Shown here: positions 8,673 through 17,216 of the stretch, one piece after another
Numbering within the stretch: position 1 is the stretch's first letter
How the letters are laid out: every line of letters begins with the position of its first letter
NCBI GenBank assembly: GCA_000025185.1
Contig: CP001848.1
Coordinates: 810,001-842,000, forward strand
Reading direction: 5' to 3'
DNA length: 32,000 bases
From: Pirellula staleyi DSM 6068
Lineage (GTDB): Bacteria; Planctomycetota; Planctomycetia; Pirellulales; Pirellulaceae
Program-made: the position numbers and the translations under genes
Notes under the pieces: model-generated
Database searches by the model: none
What the model saw: only the letters and a program-made list of their open reading frames with translations
What the model was told of the DNA's origin: nothing

Positions 8673-8710
8673 ACCGCAGCTGAGGATGACATTAACCGCT
8701 AGACGGCGCA

Positions 8711-8882
8711 GTAGGTCACGGTCCCCTCTCAGGGACCTGACAATGCCGAGCGCCACTATTCTGACAAACGCCAATTGCTTCCCATCTGCCGAATCGGTCG
8801 CAATAAACCGATCGAAGCATCAACCGTCAATCCAAAGGCTAGGCGAACTCCTGTCAGCTCCCTGAGAGGGGAACTGACCTAC
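8711..8882 (+). mobile_element. non-coding MITE/REPIN-like element, copy 1 (172 bp)
   Basis: ~31-bp terminal inverted repeats: GTAGGTCACGGTCCCCTCTCAGGGACCTGACA on the left, and TGTCAGCTCCCTGAGAGGGGAACTGACCTAC on the right. Alignable along its length with 10292-10478. No ORF. Confidence 0.65.
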
Positions 8883-9022
8883 GACACTGACCTACGCATC
8901 TCTCGATCGCCTTCCCTCTCGTCATTTCTCACACAATCCGAACAAACTGAGCCTGGCAATATGCTACTCTTCCGTAGCCAACTTCTGCCCCCTAACCTCT
9001 CCCCCCTGGCCCCTCCCTCGCC

Positions 9023-10210
9023 ATGTCTCCCGCATCACAAATGCTGCTGCTTGTCGCTTCGCTCGTGGGGCACGGCGCGCTATTGGTCTGGTGCTACAAC
9101 CGACTGCATGCCCTCGACTGGTCTCGCTCGCGCGTGAAGCTCATCGAGCGCACCATCCTGCTCGTCAGCCTCTTGCTCGCGCTGGTTCATCTAGCGCTCG
9201 CTGCCGATCGCGAGCTCTGGCTCGATCTCGGTCTGCTGGCCCATCCGACCTGGGGACTCGACGATATCCTGCTCACGATCTACCCCCTCACAGGTCTCGT
9301 CGCCCTGCTCGTCGCGATCCCCCAGTGGCTCCTGCCGAAGCTAAACGTCGGGCCCCCCGCGATCCTCGTCGCACATACCCAACGGCGCCTCGATCTGCGA
9401 CAAGAACTTCAGCCTCTTCCCCTCGGCACGTCGCGCGGCCGATTCGCTGCTGCGATTCCCTTCACCGAAATCCTGCAGTTGCAAATCGAGCGCAAAACGA
9501 TTCGTGTCCCGCACCTTCCCGCCGAGCTCGCTGGTCTCACGATCGCGCATCTCTCCGACCTGCATCTGATCGGCGATCTGACCGAAACTTTCTTCTCGCG
9601 GATCGTCGACGAAACCCTCGCCCTCGATGCCGACCTGATCGTGATCACCGGCGACATCCTCGAGCAAGAGCGCTGCTTCGATTGGCTCCCTGGCACGCTC
9701 GGCCGACTCCGCGCCCGCGAAGGGGTCTACTATGTCCTTGGGAATCACGATAAACGACTCGCCGACCCAGGTGATCTGCGCCGACGACTCGACGCGCTCG
9801 GACTCACGCCGGTCGCCGGACAAACACTCCACCGCACGATTCGCGGCTGCTCGATTTCAATCTCCGGGAACGAGCTCCCCTGGTTCGGCCCCGCCCCCGA
9901 CTGCAGCAAACTCGCTAGTTCAGAGCGCCCGTTTCGGCTGCTCCTCACCCATACGCCCGACCTCTATCCCTGGGCGCGCGAGCACCAGTTCGACCTGATG
10001 CTTGCCGGCCATAATCATGGGGGGCAGATTCGCTTCCCCTACTTCGGCGCGCTCGTCACGCCGAGCCTGTTTGGGAGCCGCTATGCCGGTGGCCTCTACG
10101 ACGAAAAGCCGACCGTGCTGCACGTCAGCCGCGGCATCTCCGGCCAACATCCGCTGCGCTGGAACTGCCCTCCCGAACTTCCGCTCCTCACACTCCTGCC
10201 GCGCGAATAG
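9023..10210 (+). CDS. membrane-anchored calcineurin-like metallophosphoesterase (YkuE-like architecture)
   Basis: N-terminal hydrophobic helices, then metallophosphoesterase motifs IAHLSDLHL, VITGDILE, GNHD, LLTHTPD, AGHNHGGQIRFP. Confidence 0.85.
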   Translation: MSPASQMLLLVASLVGHGALLVWCYNRLHALDWSRSRVKLIERTILLVSLLLALVHLALAADRELWLDLGLLAHPTWGLDDILLTIYPLTGLVALLVAIPQWLLPKLNVGPPAILVAHTQRRLDLRQELQPLPLGTSRGRFAAAIPFTEILQLQIERKTIRVPHLPAELAGLTIAHLSDLHLIGDLTETFFSRIVDETLALDADLIVITGDILEQERCFDWLPGTLGRLRAREGVYYVLGNHDKRLADPGDLRRRLDALGLTPVAGQTLHRTIRGCSISISGNELPWFGPAPDCSKLASSERPFRLLLTHTPDLYPWAREHQFDLMLAGHNHGGQIRFPYFGALVTPSLFGSRYAGGLYDEKPTVLHVSRGISGQHPLRWNCPPELPLLTLLPRE

Positions 10211-10213
10211 CCT

Positions 10214-10290
10214 GTAGGTCAGGTACCCCGCAGCTGACAACGCCGAGCGCTACTCTCCTAAATACGCTCCGTTGTTATTCTGCTCGCCCC
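10214..10290 (+). repeat. partial/hybrid REP-MITE head
   Basis: GTAGGTCAGGTACCCCGCAGCTGACAACGCCGAGCGCTACT shares the CTGACAACGCCGAGCGCTACT arm with the adjacent MITE. Its head matches the GTCAGGTAC hairpin family. Confidence 0.6.
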
Positions 10291-10291
10291 C

Positions 10292-10478
10292 GTAGGTCAC
10301 GGTCCCCTCTCAGGGACCTGACAACGCCGAGCGCTACTATTCTGTCAAACGCCGATTGCTTCCCATCCCCGAATCGCTCGCAAGCTACCCCATTGGGCGA
10401 CGCAGTTACGAAGCATCAACCATCGCTCAAAAAGCAATGCGAACTCCTGTCAGCTCCCTGTGAGGGGAACTGTCCTAC
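10292..10478 (+). mobile_element. non-coding MITE/REPIN-like element, copy 2 (187 bp)
   Basis: Same TIRs and internal sequence as 8711-8882, with an internal indel. Same orientation. Confidence 0.65.
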
Positions 10479-10525
10479 GCGAATGAACAATTACTACGGA
10501 GCAAACTTAGAGTACTTCAGCGTAC

Positions 10526-10726
10526 TCAGCCCCACCACAATCTGATTCCCAACACCTTGCAAATCACCGCTGAGGCAAGTGTGGCAATCGTTGCGAAAAT
10601 TGTGGGACTTACGGAAACTCCAAATGCCACGCTCAAGGTCACAATCACCAAGACTGCTAATGGAGTGGCACCACACAACAGGCGGAACCAAGGCGGCAAA
10701 GAATTAGGTCTCTTACGCGAGGACAT
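10526..10726 (-). CDS. small two-TM membrane protein, unknown function
   Basis: ATG immediately follows the upstream stop (TAAATG at 10724-10729 on the minus strand). Basic N-terminus, then two hydrophobic helices. AT-rich. Confidence 0.55.
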   Translation of the reverse strand: MSSRKRPNSLPPWFRLLCGATPLAVLVIVTLSVAFGVSVSPTIFATIATLASAVICKVLGIRLWWG

Positions 10727-11200
10727 TTAGATATCCTCCAAATCGACGACCTTAGAACTCAGTGATGGAATTGAGTCGAGAGCCTCAAGTCCTAGGTCTA
10801 CTTCTACCAAATGACCAGTTATGTTGGTCATCAATTCATTAATAAGTTCAGGGAGAAGCTGTGCAGCAGTTGACTTAATTCCGATTGGAGCATCGATGAC
10901 ACCGCACTCTTCGTGGTGTACACCAAACGTAAGTCTCCAGGAACCTCCCCACCTCTTAAAACTCAAAACATTATCGCCTAAACTAACTTCGACTGGCATT
11001 TTGCTGGGAAGTTGCTGTAAGAACTGTTCAACTTCCATCAACCGATTCGATAAAGCCGTCGCCTTGGACGCAAACTCTTCGGTCGAATCTTGAAGTGAGC
11101 GCAAATTCATCGCTCGCTTTTCAGCCATAATTACCCTCCAACTAGCCGCAAGGCCTGCCACAACAGCAACAATTTGAAGTGCACTTAATTGCGCAAACAA
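10727..11200 (-). CDS. N-terminally anchored protein, unknown function
   Basis: 157-aa ORF with N-terminal helix LQIVAVVAGLAASWRVIMA and a helical/coiled region. Visibly AT-rich compared with neighbours. Confidence 0.55.
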   Translation of the reverse strand: MFAQLSALQIVAVVAGLAASWRVIMAEKRAMNLRSLQDSTEEFASKATALSNRLMEVEQFLQQLPSKMPVEVSLGDNVLSFKRWGGSWRLTFGVHHEECGVIDAPIGIKSTAAQLLPELINELMTNITGHLVEVDLGLEALDSIPSLSSKVVDLEDI

Positions 11201-11334
11201 TTAAGATCGCCGTTTTACAACAGCAGCACTATTTAGAAAATGCTTGACCCCTTACGAGGTATTAGCAACCGCATGAGATTACCTAATCCACTGAACGCTT
11301 GTCAATTGCTGACGCCTTTTTTTTCGAATTCGTC

Positions 11335-11359
11335 AGGCTCCTTCGACAGCCAGGAGCCT
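11335..11359 (-). terminator. possible stem-loop downstream of deoA (no clear U-tract)
   Basis: AGGCTCCT-N9-AGGAGCCT 8-bp stem lying 19 nt past the deoA stop. An adjacent CTGACG...T8...CGTCAG structure is at 11309-11336. Confidence 0.3.
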
Positions 11360-11377
11360 CCGACGAAATTCTCCTGA

Positions 11378-12721
11378 CTACTCCACCCGCTCCACAATCA
11401 GCGGCGGCGATTCCACCGGCTCGTGCGAAAACGTAATCGCATGCTGAATCATCGGCGCAACTCGGATCAGCTGATCGTCGCTACTAAACACTCGCACGAT
11501 CGGCTGTCCCTCGCGCACTTCATCCCCGATGCGGCAAAGCATCTCGATCCCGGTCCAGTGATCGAGCCGATCGGTCTGCACCTTCCGCCCGCCCCCCTTC
11601 TCGATGATCGCCAGTCCTAGTTTCTCGGTATGGATGCTCTGCACAAAACCGGCCGAGCGAGCCTCAATCACATGCCCACCTTGCAGCGTCGGCCAATGCT
11701 CGCTGTCGCTCTCGCCACCGATTCCAAACTTCGCTTCCATCAGCTCGCCAAACGCGTCGATGTCGCCCCCTTGCTCTGCCACCATCTCGAAAAACTTCAT
11801 CAGCACCGCGCCGCTGCTCACCTTTTCGGCAAACAGTTCAAGCGCGCTCTCGAGATCCGCCGCAATCCCCGCCCCCACCACCAGCTCAGCCCCCAGCTCG
11901 GCGGTCACTTGCCATAAGTCGGTCGCGCACCGGCCGCGCATCGCCTCGATGCATTCCCACACTTCCACCGCATTCCCCGCAAAGGATCCGAGCGGCTGAT
12001 TCATATCGGTCAAAAGCGCCGTCGTCGTCACGTTCATCCGTTTGCCGGTATCGACCAGCGACCGCGCAAGCGCCCGCGCATCGTCGAGCGATTTCATGAA
12101 CGCGCCGCTGCCATACTTCACATCGAGCACCAGCCGATCGAGCCCCGCAGCAAGCTTTTTGCTCATGATGCTGGCCGTGATCAGCGGAATGCTCGGCACC
12201 GTCGCCGTCACATCCCGCAGGGCATACAGCTTGCGATCCGCCGGCGCAATATCGGCCGACGCTCCGGTAATCACGCACCCCACACGCGCCGTGATCTCCT
12301 GAATCTCGGTGAGCGAAAGGTTGGTCCGAAAGCCTGGAATCGACTCCAGCTTATCGAGCGTTCCGCCAGTCGCTCCGAGACCGCGCCCCGAGATCATGGG
12401 GACGTAGAGCCCGCATGTCGCCAGCAGCGGGGCCAGGATCAGCGACGTCTTATCCCCGATGCCGCCGGTGCTATGCTTGTCGACGATCTTTCCCTTCAGC
12501 GTGGGCCAAGCGAGCGTCACGCCACTAGCGAGCATCGCATCGGTGAGCGCCGCGATCTCTTCGGTACTCATCCCCCGAATGTAGATCGCCATCGCCAAGG
12601 CCGACATCTGATAGTCGGGAATCTCGCCACTCGCAAAGCGGCTGATGAACCACTCCACTTCCTCGCGCGTCAGCTCGCCACCATCACGTTTTTTCGCAAT
12701 CACAAGACTTGGGGTGAGCAT
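11378..12721 (-). CDS. deoA: thymidine/pyrimidine-nucleoside phosphorylase
   Basis: Full-length resemblance to DeoA: KKRDGGELTREEVEWF, DKHSTGGIGDKTSL, MISGRGLGATGGTLDKLESIPGF. Confidence 0.9.
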   Translation of the reverse strand: MLTPSLVIAKKRDGGELTREEVEWFISRFASGEIPDYQMSALAMAIYIRGMSTEEIAALTDAMLASGVTLAWPTLKGKIVDKHSTGGIGDKTSLILAPLLATCGLYVPMISGRGLGATGGTLDKLESIPGFRTNLSLTEIQEITARVGCVITGASADIAPADRKLYALRDVTATVPSIPLITASIMSKKLAAGLDRLVLDVKYGSGAFMKSLDDARALARSLVDTGKRMNVTTTALLTDMNQPLGSFAGNAVEVWECIEAMRGRCATDLWQVTAELGAELVVGAGIAADLESALELFAEKVSSGAVLMKFFEMVAEQGGDIDAFGELMEAKFGIGGESDSEHWPTLQGGHVIEARSAGFVQSIHTEKLGLAIIEKGGGRKVQTDRLDHWTGIEMLCRIGDEVREGQPIVRVFSSDDQLIRVAPMIQHAITFSHEPVESPPLIVERVE

Positions 12722-12807
12722 CGGGAGGAAGGGGCTAGAGGACGAAGGGGCCAGAGGTCAGAGGCGAGACCAGAGACAGGAGGCGAGAGTCGGGGGACAA
12801 GAGTTTT

Positions 12808-12895
12808 GTAGGGCAGGCTCCCGCCTGCCGCAACCCGGTTGGCACCAGTCACCATGGGTACCACGGGTAGCTCCGTAGGGCCGGTTCCACCGGCC
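12808..12895 (+). repeat. two GTAGG-headed REP-like units
   Basis: GTAGGGCAGGCTCCCGCCTGCC (12808-12829; inverted copy at 19522-19543) and GTAGGGCCGGTTCCACCGGCC (12875-12895; same head as 8614). Confidence 0.75.
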
Positions 12896-12908
12896 GACAC
12901 CACTCTTA

Positions 12909-14102
12909 TCACAACTCGCCACTATTGACATTGCCTGTTACTCGATCCGTTTCCACCCAACCAATCTGGCAATTCGGCAGCTTCGCCTTTAGCGCCTTGG
13001 CATCGTCGAGTGTTAGTTCGTCGGTAATGCTGATCAAAAGACTCCTCAACTGCTCAGAACGCTCGAGATGTTGCAGCCCTTTCCCTGTAACCTTGGATTG
13101 CCTTATCTCCAACAGTGTCAAGCCTGGCAAACTAGCAATGGCTGCGAGGCCTTCATCGTTAATGTTAGTAGAGCTGGCGTCCACAAGGCGAAGATTCTGG
13201 AGCTCGCATAGTTTCGCGAAACCTGTGCCGTCGATGGGGCAGCCACTGACCAACAACACCTCAAGTTTCTCATTTCTTGACAGAAACGTCAGGCCTTCAT
13301 CGGAAATCGAATGAGCGTCGAGTCGCAATTGACGGAGACTACGAAACCTACCGATGGTCGGCATCGATTGGTCGGTAACACTCGTTCCCAACAGTTCGAG
13401 TTTTCTCAGTTTTGGCAAATTGACAAGCGACTTAAGCCCAGCATCCGTGATAGCGGCAACATAAATCTCCAACGTTGCAAGATTCTCTCGCTCTGCGAAA
13501 TGTTGAAGCCCTTCGTCGGTGATACTTGAACGAATTACTTGTAGGTGTTGAACCGATGGAATTCCGGCAACCGCTTTTAGGTGATCATCTTCGATCTCAG
13601 GTCCCCAAAGGGAGATACTAACCAGCTCACGACAACTAGCTAGCCGAGCAAGTCCAGCTGGCGAAATGCTCGTCTTCGAAATCGAAACCCCACGAAGCTG
13701 ATGAACCTTTATGAGCTCATCGATGCACTTATCAGTAAACGCTCGGCCATGCAGTGAAATATCTCTTATCCCATGAAGCTGATGAACACCCTCAATATCA
13801 TCGCCTGATGACGTCCCTCTAGCAGTTACCGTCAGTACATTGGCTCCAAAATTCTCGCCAAATAGATACCGAAGCCATCGCGGCTGATTAGATTGTTGGA
13901 TCGAACCGTCGATTACGTTCGGATACTCACTGTGCACTTGATAGTCGTAGTAAACCGTTCCACCAGCATTCACAATGCGATCAATTATCGGCTTTTCTCG
14001 TCGCGCACGAATAATATCCCGACCGAGCCAGGCAAAGAGCGCGGCGGCAATGGTGGTGACGATCAGGATCGTTCGCAGACCGAAGCGAAAATAGCGCGAC
14101 AT
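12909..14102 (-). CDS. leucine-rich repeat protein with N-terminal membrane anchor
   Basis: N-terminus MSRYFRFGLRTILIVTTIAAALFAWLG, then ~24-aa repeats of the form L..L..L.L....ITD.GL..L. Lower GC than neighbours. Confidence 0.85.
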   Translation of the reverse strand: MSRYFRFGLRTILIVTTIAAALFAWLGRDIIRARREKPIIDRIVNAGGTVYYDYQVHSEYPNVIDGSIQQSNQPRWLRYLFGENFGANVLTVTARGTSSGDDIEGVHQLHGIRDISLHGRAFTDKCIDELIKVHQLRGVSISKTSISPAGLARLASCRELVSISLWGPEIEDDHLKAVAGIPSVQHLQVIRSSITDEGLQHFAERENLATLEIYVAAITDAGLKSLVNLPKLRKLELLGTSVTDQSMPTIGRFRSLRQLRLDAHSISDEGLTFLSRNEKLEVLLVSGCPIDGTGFAKLCELQNLRLVDASSTNINDEGLAAIASLPGLTLLEIRQSKVTGKGLQHLERSEQLRSLLISITDELTLDDAKALKAKLPNCQIGWVETDRVTGNVNSGEL

Positions 14103-14144
14103 TGTTTGTCCTCTTCGGTTGGGTCGGCCTAGCGTGCTGCGGGG

Positions 14145-14235
14145 CAGTCAGGTACGGAGTACCTGACCTACTAATCTGGGTATCGATTTATGCTAGCCGG
14201 ATACGAACTTCACACTGCTGGGCAAGCCAGCAGTG
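14145..14235. repeat. composite hairpin repeats (GTCAGGTAC family + hairpin H, inverted orientation)
   Basis: GTCAGGTACGGAGTACCTGACCTAC ending at 14171. CACTGCTGGGCAAGCCAGCAGTG at 14213-14235. Confidence 0.8.
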
Positions 14236-14464
14236 CCACTCAAGTCAGTTGAGGCACCCAGGCCAGCAGTGCCGTTTATCGTAGCACTGGCCTGAGGGTG
14301 AGTCCCCTCGAAGTGACGGTTTTCTCGCGCGCCCTGGTGAAGTAACATGGCGGGACGAATGCTGCGATTTTTGTCACACTTTTTGGTGGCATTTTGGCAG
14401 CTGTTTTCTCTAAGCTCGCCAGTCAGCCTCCTTCTGCCCGCCACCTTAGCCCACCGGCACGACC

Positions 14465-15742
14465 ATGAATCTCGATCGACGTCACTTCCTCCACTCGTCG
14501 CTGGTTCTCGGCAGTTCGGCGGGTCTTGCTGGACTGACTGCTCTCGGGGGACTAAGTGGCTTGGTGGGACCGACCGGACAGGCCCTCGCAGCGCCGATGT
14601 TCGCCGATAATCCGACGTTTCAGCCTCGCGCACTGATGGCGACCTGGCAGCGCGATCCGACCACCACAATGACGCTGCAGTGGCTCGGCACGAGCAAAGA
14701 AGATGGGCTCTCGCGCAACCTGTGGTATCGCCGCAGTGGCGACGACGCGTGGCTGGAAGTCCCTCATACAGCGCGCCCCTTTCCGCAAACCGAGCTGTGG
14801 CAATTTCGCGCGGAGCTCACGGGCCTCGCGCCCGATACGACCTATCGGATTCGGATCGGACTCGATTCTCCGCAAGCGAGCATCCGGACGATGCCGGCCA
14901 AGGCGACGAGCGAAATCACGTTCATTTCGGGAGGGGACAGCGGCACCGGCAGTGCCTCGCGACGGACCAATAAACTGGCTGCGCTGCAGTCGCCGCGCTT
15001 CGTGCTGCTGGGAGGAGACTTAGCGTACGAAAATGGAAAATCGGCCGATACGTTTCTGAAATTCCTCGACCACTACGCCGCCGATCTGCGCGACGACAAA
15101 GGGCATTTGATTCCGCTGGTTGCATGCCTGGGAAATCACGAGGTCGATGGAGCGTACGATAAGCCGCGCGAGAAAGCGCCGTTTTTCTACGCCATGTTCG
15201 ACGGGCTCTATACCGACACTGGCTATGCGACGCTCGATTTTGGGGACTACCTGTCGCTTGTGCTGCTGGACTCGGGTCACACATCGAAAGTGGTCGGTGA
15301 CCAAACCGACTGGCTCCTCCGAACTTTGAAAGAGCGCGAAGAGCGGCCCAATCTGTTCGTGGCCAATCACGTGCCGATGTATCCGTGTGTGCGTAGCGCC
15401 AATGGGAGCCTCAACGAAGCGATGCGCGAGCATTGGTCGCCACTGCTCGAGCGCTACAACGTCGACGCCGTGCTCGAGCATCACGACCACGCTTTCAAGC
15501 GGACACATCGCCTGCTCGACGGCCTGATCGACGAGCGCGGCATTCCGTATCTGGGGGATGGTTCGTGGGGACAGATTCGGAATCCCGAAGGGCCCGATAA
15601 GCGTCCGTTCCTGGCGAAATCAACGCAGTCGTATCACCTGTCGCTCCACCGCATCGAAGGGCCCGACCGCTATCACCTGGCTCTCTCGGACCTGGGGAAA
15701 GTGGTCGACATTCTGCATACCCGCAAGCTCGCCCGGACGTAG
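14465..15742 (+). CDS. Tat-exported metallophosphoesterase (purple-acid-phosphatase-like)
   Basis: Twin-arginine signal MNLDRRHFLHSSLVLG...; motifs GGDSGTG, GGDLAYENG, GNHE, VANHVPMY, LEHHDHAFKRT. Confidence 0.85.
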   Translation: MNLDRRHFLHSSLVLGSSAGLAGLTALGGLSGLVGPTGQALAAPMFADNPTFQPRALMATWQRDPTTTMTLQWLGTSKEDGLSRNLWYRRSGDDAWLEVPHTARPFPQTELWQFRAELTGLAPDTTYRIRIGLDSPQASIRTMPAKATSEITFISGGDSGTGSASRRTNKLAALQSPRFVLLGGDLAYENGKSADTFLKFLDHYAADLRDDKGHLIPLVACLGNHEVDGAYDKPREKAPFFYAMFDGLYTDTGYATLDFGDYLSLVLLDSGHTSKVVGDQTDWLLRTLKEREERPNLFVANHVPMYPCVRSANGSLNEAMREHWSPLLERYNVDAVLEHHDHAFKRTHRLLDGLIDERGIPYLGDGSWGQIRNPEGPDKRPFLAKSTQSYHLSLHRIEGPDRYHLALSDLGKVVDILHTRKLART

Positions 15743-15778
15743 CGCGATCGAACATTGCGCGGCGGCTGCGGCCAAGCA

Positions 15779-16006
15779 TCAGTACCAGGGCCACATGCGC
15801 CGGAGGACGAGTCTTAGCCAGACGAAATACATCCTCAGACGCAACAGCCGACTTTCGATCTGCTGATCGAAACCGATCTGTCGACCGATCAGCTCATCTT
15901 CGCCGTTTTGCAGGCCACAGCCGACGCAAAACGATGTTTCCGGCGGCAAAGGCTGACGGCAGCGGGCGCAAAGTCGCCCCCGTGTTTGCTCGTTGAGATG
16001 CGACAC
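15779..16006 (-). CDS. small zinc-ribbon protein with hydrophobic C-terminus
   Basis: CARC-X12-CVGC motif (LCARCRQPLPPETSFCVGCG). 75-aa ORF with no overlapping stronger candidate. Confidence 0.5.
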   Translation of the reverse strand: MSHLNEQTRGRLCARCRQPLPPETSFCVGCGLQNGEDELIGRQIGFDQQIESRLLRLRMYFVWLRLVLRRMWPWY

Positions 16007-16059
16007 CAGTTCTCCCTCGTCATCGCTCTGGAGGAGTATTTCGCGCGGTCAAATTATTA

Positions 16060-16209
16060 GTAGGTCAGATGCCCGCAGGGAATCTGACGGGAGAGGTGCC
16101 GGCAAGCAGTGTTCAGTGTCAGGTACGGAGTACCTGACCTACTACTCCGCCTCGAATTCAATGTCATGTGTTTTGGGTGGCTACTAGCTGGCTTGTCCAG
16201 CAGTGAGAG
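16060..16209. repeat. cluster of three REP-like hairpin units
   Basis: GTAGGTCAGATGCCCGCAGGGAATCTGAC (16060-16088). GTCAGGTACGGAGTACCTGACCTAC (16118-16142). CTAGCTGGCTTGTCCAGCAGTG (16184-16205). Confidence 0.8.
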
Positions 16210-16264
16210 TCGCAGCGGAAGTTGGCATGAACCAATAGACGAAGTACAACACATCGACGCTGAT

Positions 16265-16633
16265 CTACGCTTGTCGCAAGATTTTCTCCATCGCTTTTCC
16301 TTGGGCGAGCTCGTCGATCAGTTTGTCGAGATAGCGGACTTCGCGCATCAGCGGATCTTCGATGGCTTCGATACGGACGCCGCAAATCGTCCCTTTGATC
16401 AGCGCGCGATTGGGATGGAGCGCGGGAGCCTTGGCAAAGAAGGTTTCGAAATTGACTTCCTGCGCGATCTGCTTGGCGAGCCCCGCCGCGTCGTAGCCGG
16501 TGAGCCAGCTGATGATTTGATCGACTTCGGCCTGGGTCCGCTGCTTCTTCTCTGCTTTCTGCACGTAGAGCGGATAGACCTTCGAGAATTTCATCGCGCC
16601 AATCGATTGCCTGGCCATCGTCATCGTTCCCAT
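16265..16633 (-). CDS. DUF2200 family protein
   Basis: [32 protein letters not shown]...[29 protein letters not shown] matches my memory of the DUF2200 consensus. The true start may be an internal Met. Confidence 0.8.
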   Translation of the reverse strand: MGTMTMARQSIGAMKFSKVYPLYVQKAEKKQRTQAEVDQIISWLTGYDAAGLAKQIAQEVNFETFFAKAPALHPNRALIKGTICGVRIEAIEDPLMREVRYLDKLIDELAQGKAMEKILRQA

Positions 16634-16713
16634 GGATATGCTTCGAGGAAAGTCGCGCTTGCACCACCGTTTGGCGACTTGCTGTCCGTCGATGCCGAGT
16701 GGTTCTGGCGCGG

Positions 16714-17115
16714 CTAGCGCGACGCATCCAGCATCGGTCGAAAGCCGGCGGCAATCAGCCGCTTGCCATCGAAGACGGGAGGCTGATCGGTGAACTGCAT
16801 CCGTGGATCGCTCGTCACCCGCTCCATCCCCGCGTCGCGCGCCTGCTTATCAGGCCACTCGATGAACGACATCACCACTGTCTCTTCACCACTTGCGCCC
16901 GCAGCTTTCATGAAGCTCCCATGTTCGACGATTTCCCGCGCGGTATCCACCCCATGATAGGTCGCTGCATCTGGTCCCGCTTCATCGAGCCAGCACTCCA
17001 CCACCCGAATCGCCCCACACTCCAGCACTACTTGCTCCGAGATCCGCGCCAGCTCCTCATAAGCAGCCCGATTATCTCTCGGTACCGGTGCCAAAAAACA
17101 ATCAAAATAGGTCAT
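16714..17115 (-). CDS. DUF1428 family protein
   Basis: [23 protein letters not shown]...[29 protein letters not shown]...[11 protein letters not shown] is typical of DUF1428. Confidence 0.8.
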   Translation of the reverse strand: MTYFDCFLAPVPRDNRAAYEELARISEQVVLECGAIRVVECWLDEAGPDAATYHGVDTAREIVEHGSFMKAAGASGEETVVMSFIEWPDKQARDAGMERVTSDPRMQFTDQPPVFDGKRLIAAGFRPMLDASR

Positions 17116-17216
17116 AGGATTTATACCAATACTAAACTCAGCGATATAAAACGAATCGCGAAACAGCCTACCAGAGACTCGTGCGATTGGATCAACAGTC
17201 TTGTGCCATCGCGTAA

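Noticed and set aside
8463-8865. ORFs translating to recurring ...HCWTSQQC... peptides (also at 14102-14284 and 27662-27874)
   Set aside because: The recurring peptide is the translation of the CACTGCTGG-N5-CCAGCAGTG hairpin repeat in either orientation. The repeats are intergenic and the flanking reading frames are not conserved.
9091-9753. 220-aa Arg/Pro-rich ORF
   Set aside because: It is an alternate frame inside the metallophosphoesterase gene, with a composition typical of off-frame high-GC translation.
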